Shown here: positions 63,158 to 64,000 of the stretch, piece after piece
Layout: every line of letters starts with the position of its first letter
How positions within the stretch are numbered: the first letter of the stretch is position 1
DNA from: a virus
Taxonomy: Duplodnaviria; Heunggongvirae; Uroviricota; Caudoviricetes
Reading direction: 5' to 3' (one strand)
IMG/VR virus record: IMGVR_UViG_3300013936_000289
Span: 152,064 to 216,063 of that record
DNA length: 64,000 nucleotides
Notes under the pieces: model-generated
What the model was told of the DNA's origin: nothing
Seen by the model: the letters and a program-made list of their open reading frames with translations, nothing else
Databases searched by the model: none
Program-made: the position numbers and the translations under genes

Positions 63158-64000
63158 TTATGACATAGACTTATTTGCGTTCATAAAGAATAACTTATAT
63201 TCCTCATTTCTTCTGTTAGGATTATCTTTAATATTCTTGAAATATTTAAAGGATACATTATAATCACCTGCATTTATTTTCTATGCTTGATAATCATATC
63301 TAGATTTTGCAAGACCTTTTGTTATGAATGTATATTTTTCATGTTTAAGCTATCCAGCATTATAACATAATGATGTTAATCCATCTCTTATTTTTTGATT
63401 ATATAACATATAATATTTAACATTATCATCATCTGTTGGCATATTTTGTATAGTTCTATATGCACGCTATTCAGCAATCTTAATATCTTTCTAAAATAAT
63501 TTATCTGCGTCAGTCTTTGTTATAATGGTTTTACAATGATTAGGGTTTAAAATAGTTTTACCATTTTTTGTAACAAATGATTGTTTAATTAAGCCTTTCT
63601 TTTTTAATTGCTATACTTTCTTGTATAATTCACCATCTGATTCCAATACAACATGACCATAACCAATAGTTACCATTCCTTTCGCTTCCTCTTCGGGTTT
63701 TGCGTAATAAGGGTAAAGTAAGCATAACTCATGATGTTTAATAAATTCGCGAGCCTCGTTGCTTGACTTAAAATTGAAATTCTTGTCTTCCTTAAATTTC
63801 TTTTCAGGTGTATTATTAATATCTTCAGTAGATACTTTCTTGACACTTAATTTTTCTTTTGCTTCATCTTTAACTTCAACAACAAAATCTTCAGGTTCTT
63901 CTACTATTACTTCTTGTTGCTTTTCATCCGGTACATTTTCTACTTTCTATTCATAAGTTTCAACATTACCCTATAAAGATTTAATCATCTATTTACAATC
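63158..64000 (-). CDS. GH24 (T4-lysozyme-like) muramidase with acidic N-terminal linker (5' end beyond window; TAG=Gln)
   Basis: FIKHHE, TIGYGH, DGLTSLCYNAG and RR.EE..LF motifs; several in-frame TAG. Confidence 0.85.

Noticed and set aside
1-64000. tRNA (including a suppressor tRNA-CUA), rRNA, CRISPR arrays and DGR
   Set aside because: No T-loop/acceptor-stem pattern, regularly spaced repeat array or reverse transcriptase was seen by eye; tRNAscan-SE would be needed to exclude tRNAs.

Overview
A 64 kb slice of a very AT-rich jumbo or mega bacteriophage genome, most consistent with a Lak-like phage of Prevotella/Bacteroidota (inference). The evidence is T4-like neck and head-completion genes, Bacteroidota-type TAnnTTTG promoters, a Bacteroidota-type OmpA and TAG read as Gln. 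The supplied code-11 ORF track fragments or misses about 20 genes. Re-translating with TAG=Gln (code 15) restores two TnpB nucleases, a DinG-like helicase, dUTPase, two glycosyltransferases, BACON-like proteins, three fibre-like proteins, a neck protein, a homing endonuclease and a GH24 lysozyme. TAG-free genes include CorA, endonuclease V, NAD-dependent ligase, NADAR, a PARG-like macrodomain, Nudix, an IMPDH/GMP reductase-family enzyme and many small hypotheticals. Best candidate for an undescribed system: a self-contained TAG-free operon (30059-33041) encoding a radical SAM enzyme followed by four proteins that all begin with MK(I/V)Q(I/V)Rx(S/G)VFETNSSSTH(S/T). Other highlights: two transposase-less TnpB+omegaRNA cassettes sitting between a promoter and the next start codon, a portable LYE-containing helix tag on unrelated proteins, three separable promoter classes, and frameshifts in two genes. 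No tRNA, rRNA or CRISPR array was recognised. All family assignments come from manual motif reading; no database search was run.
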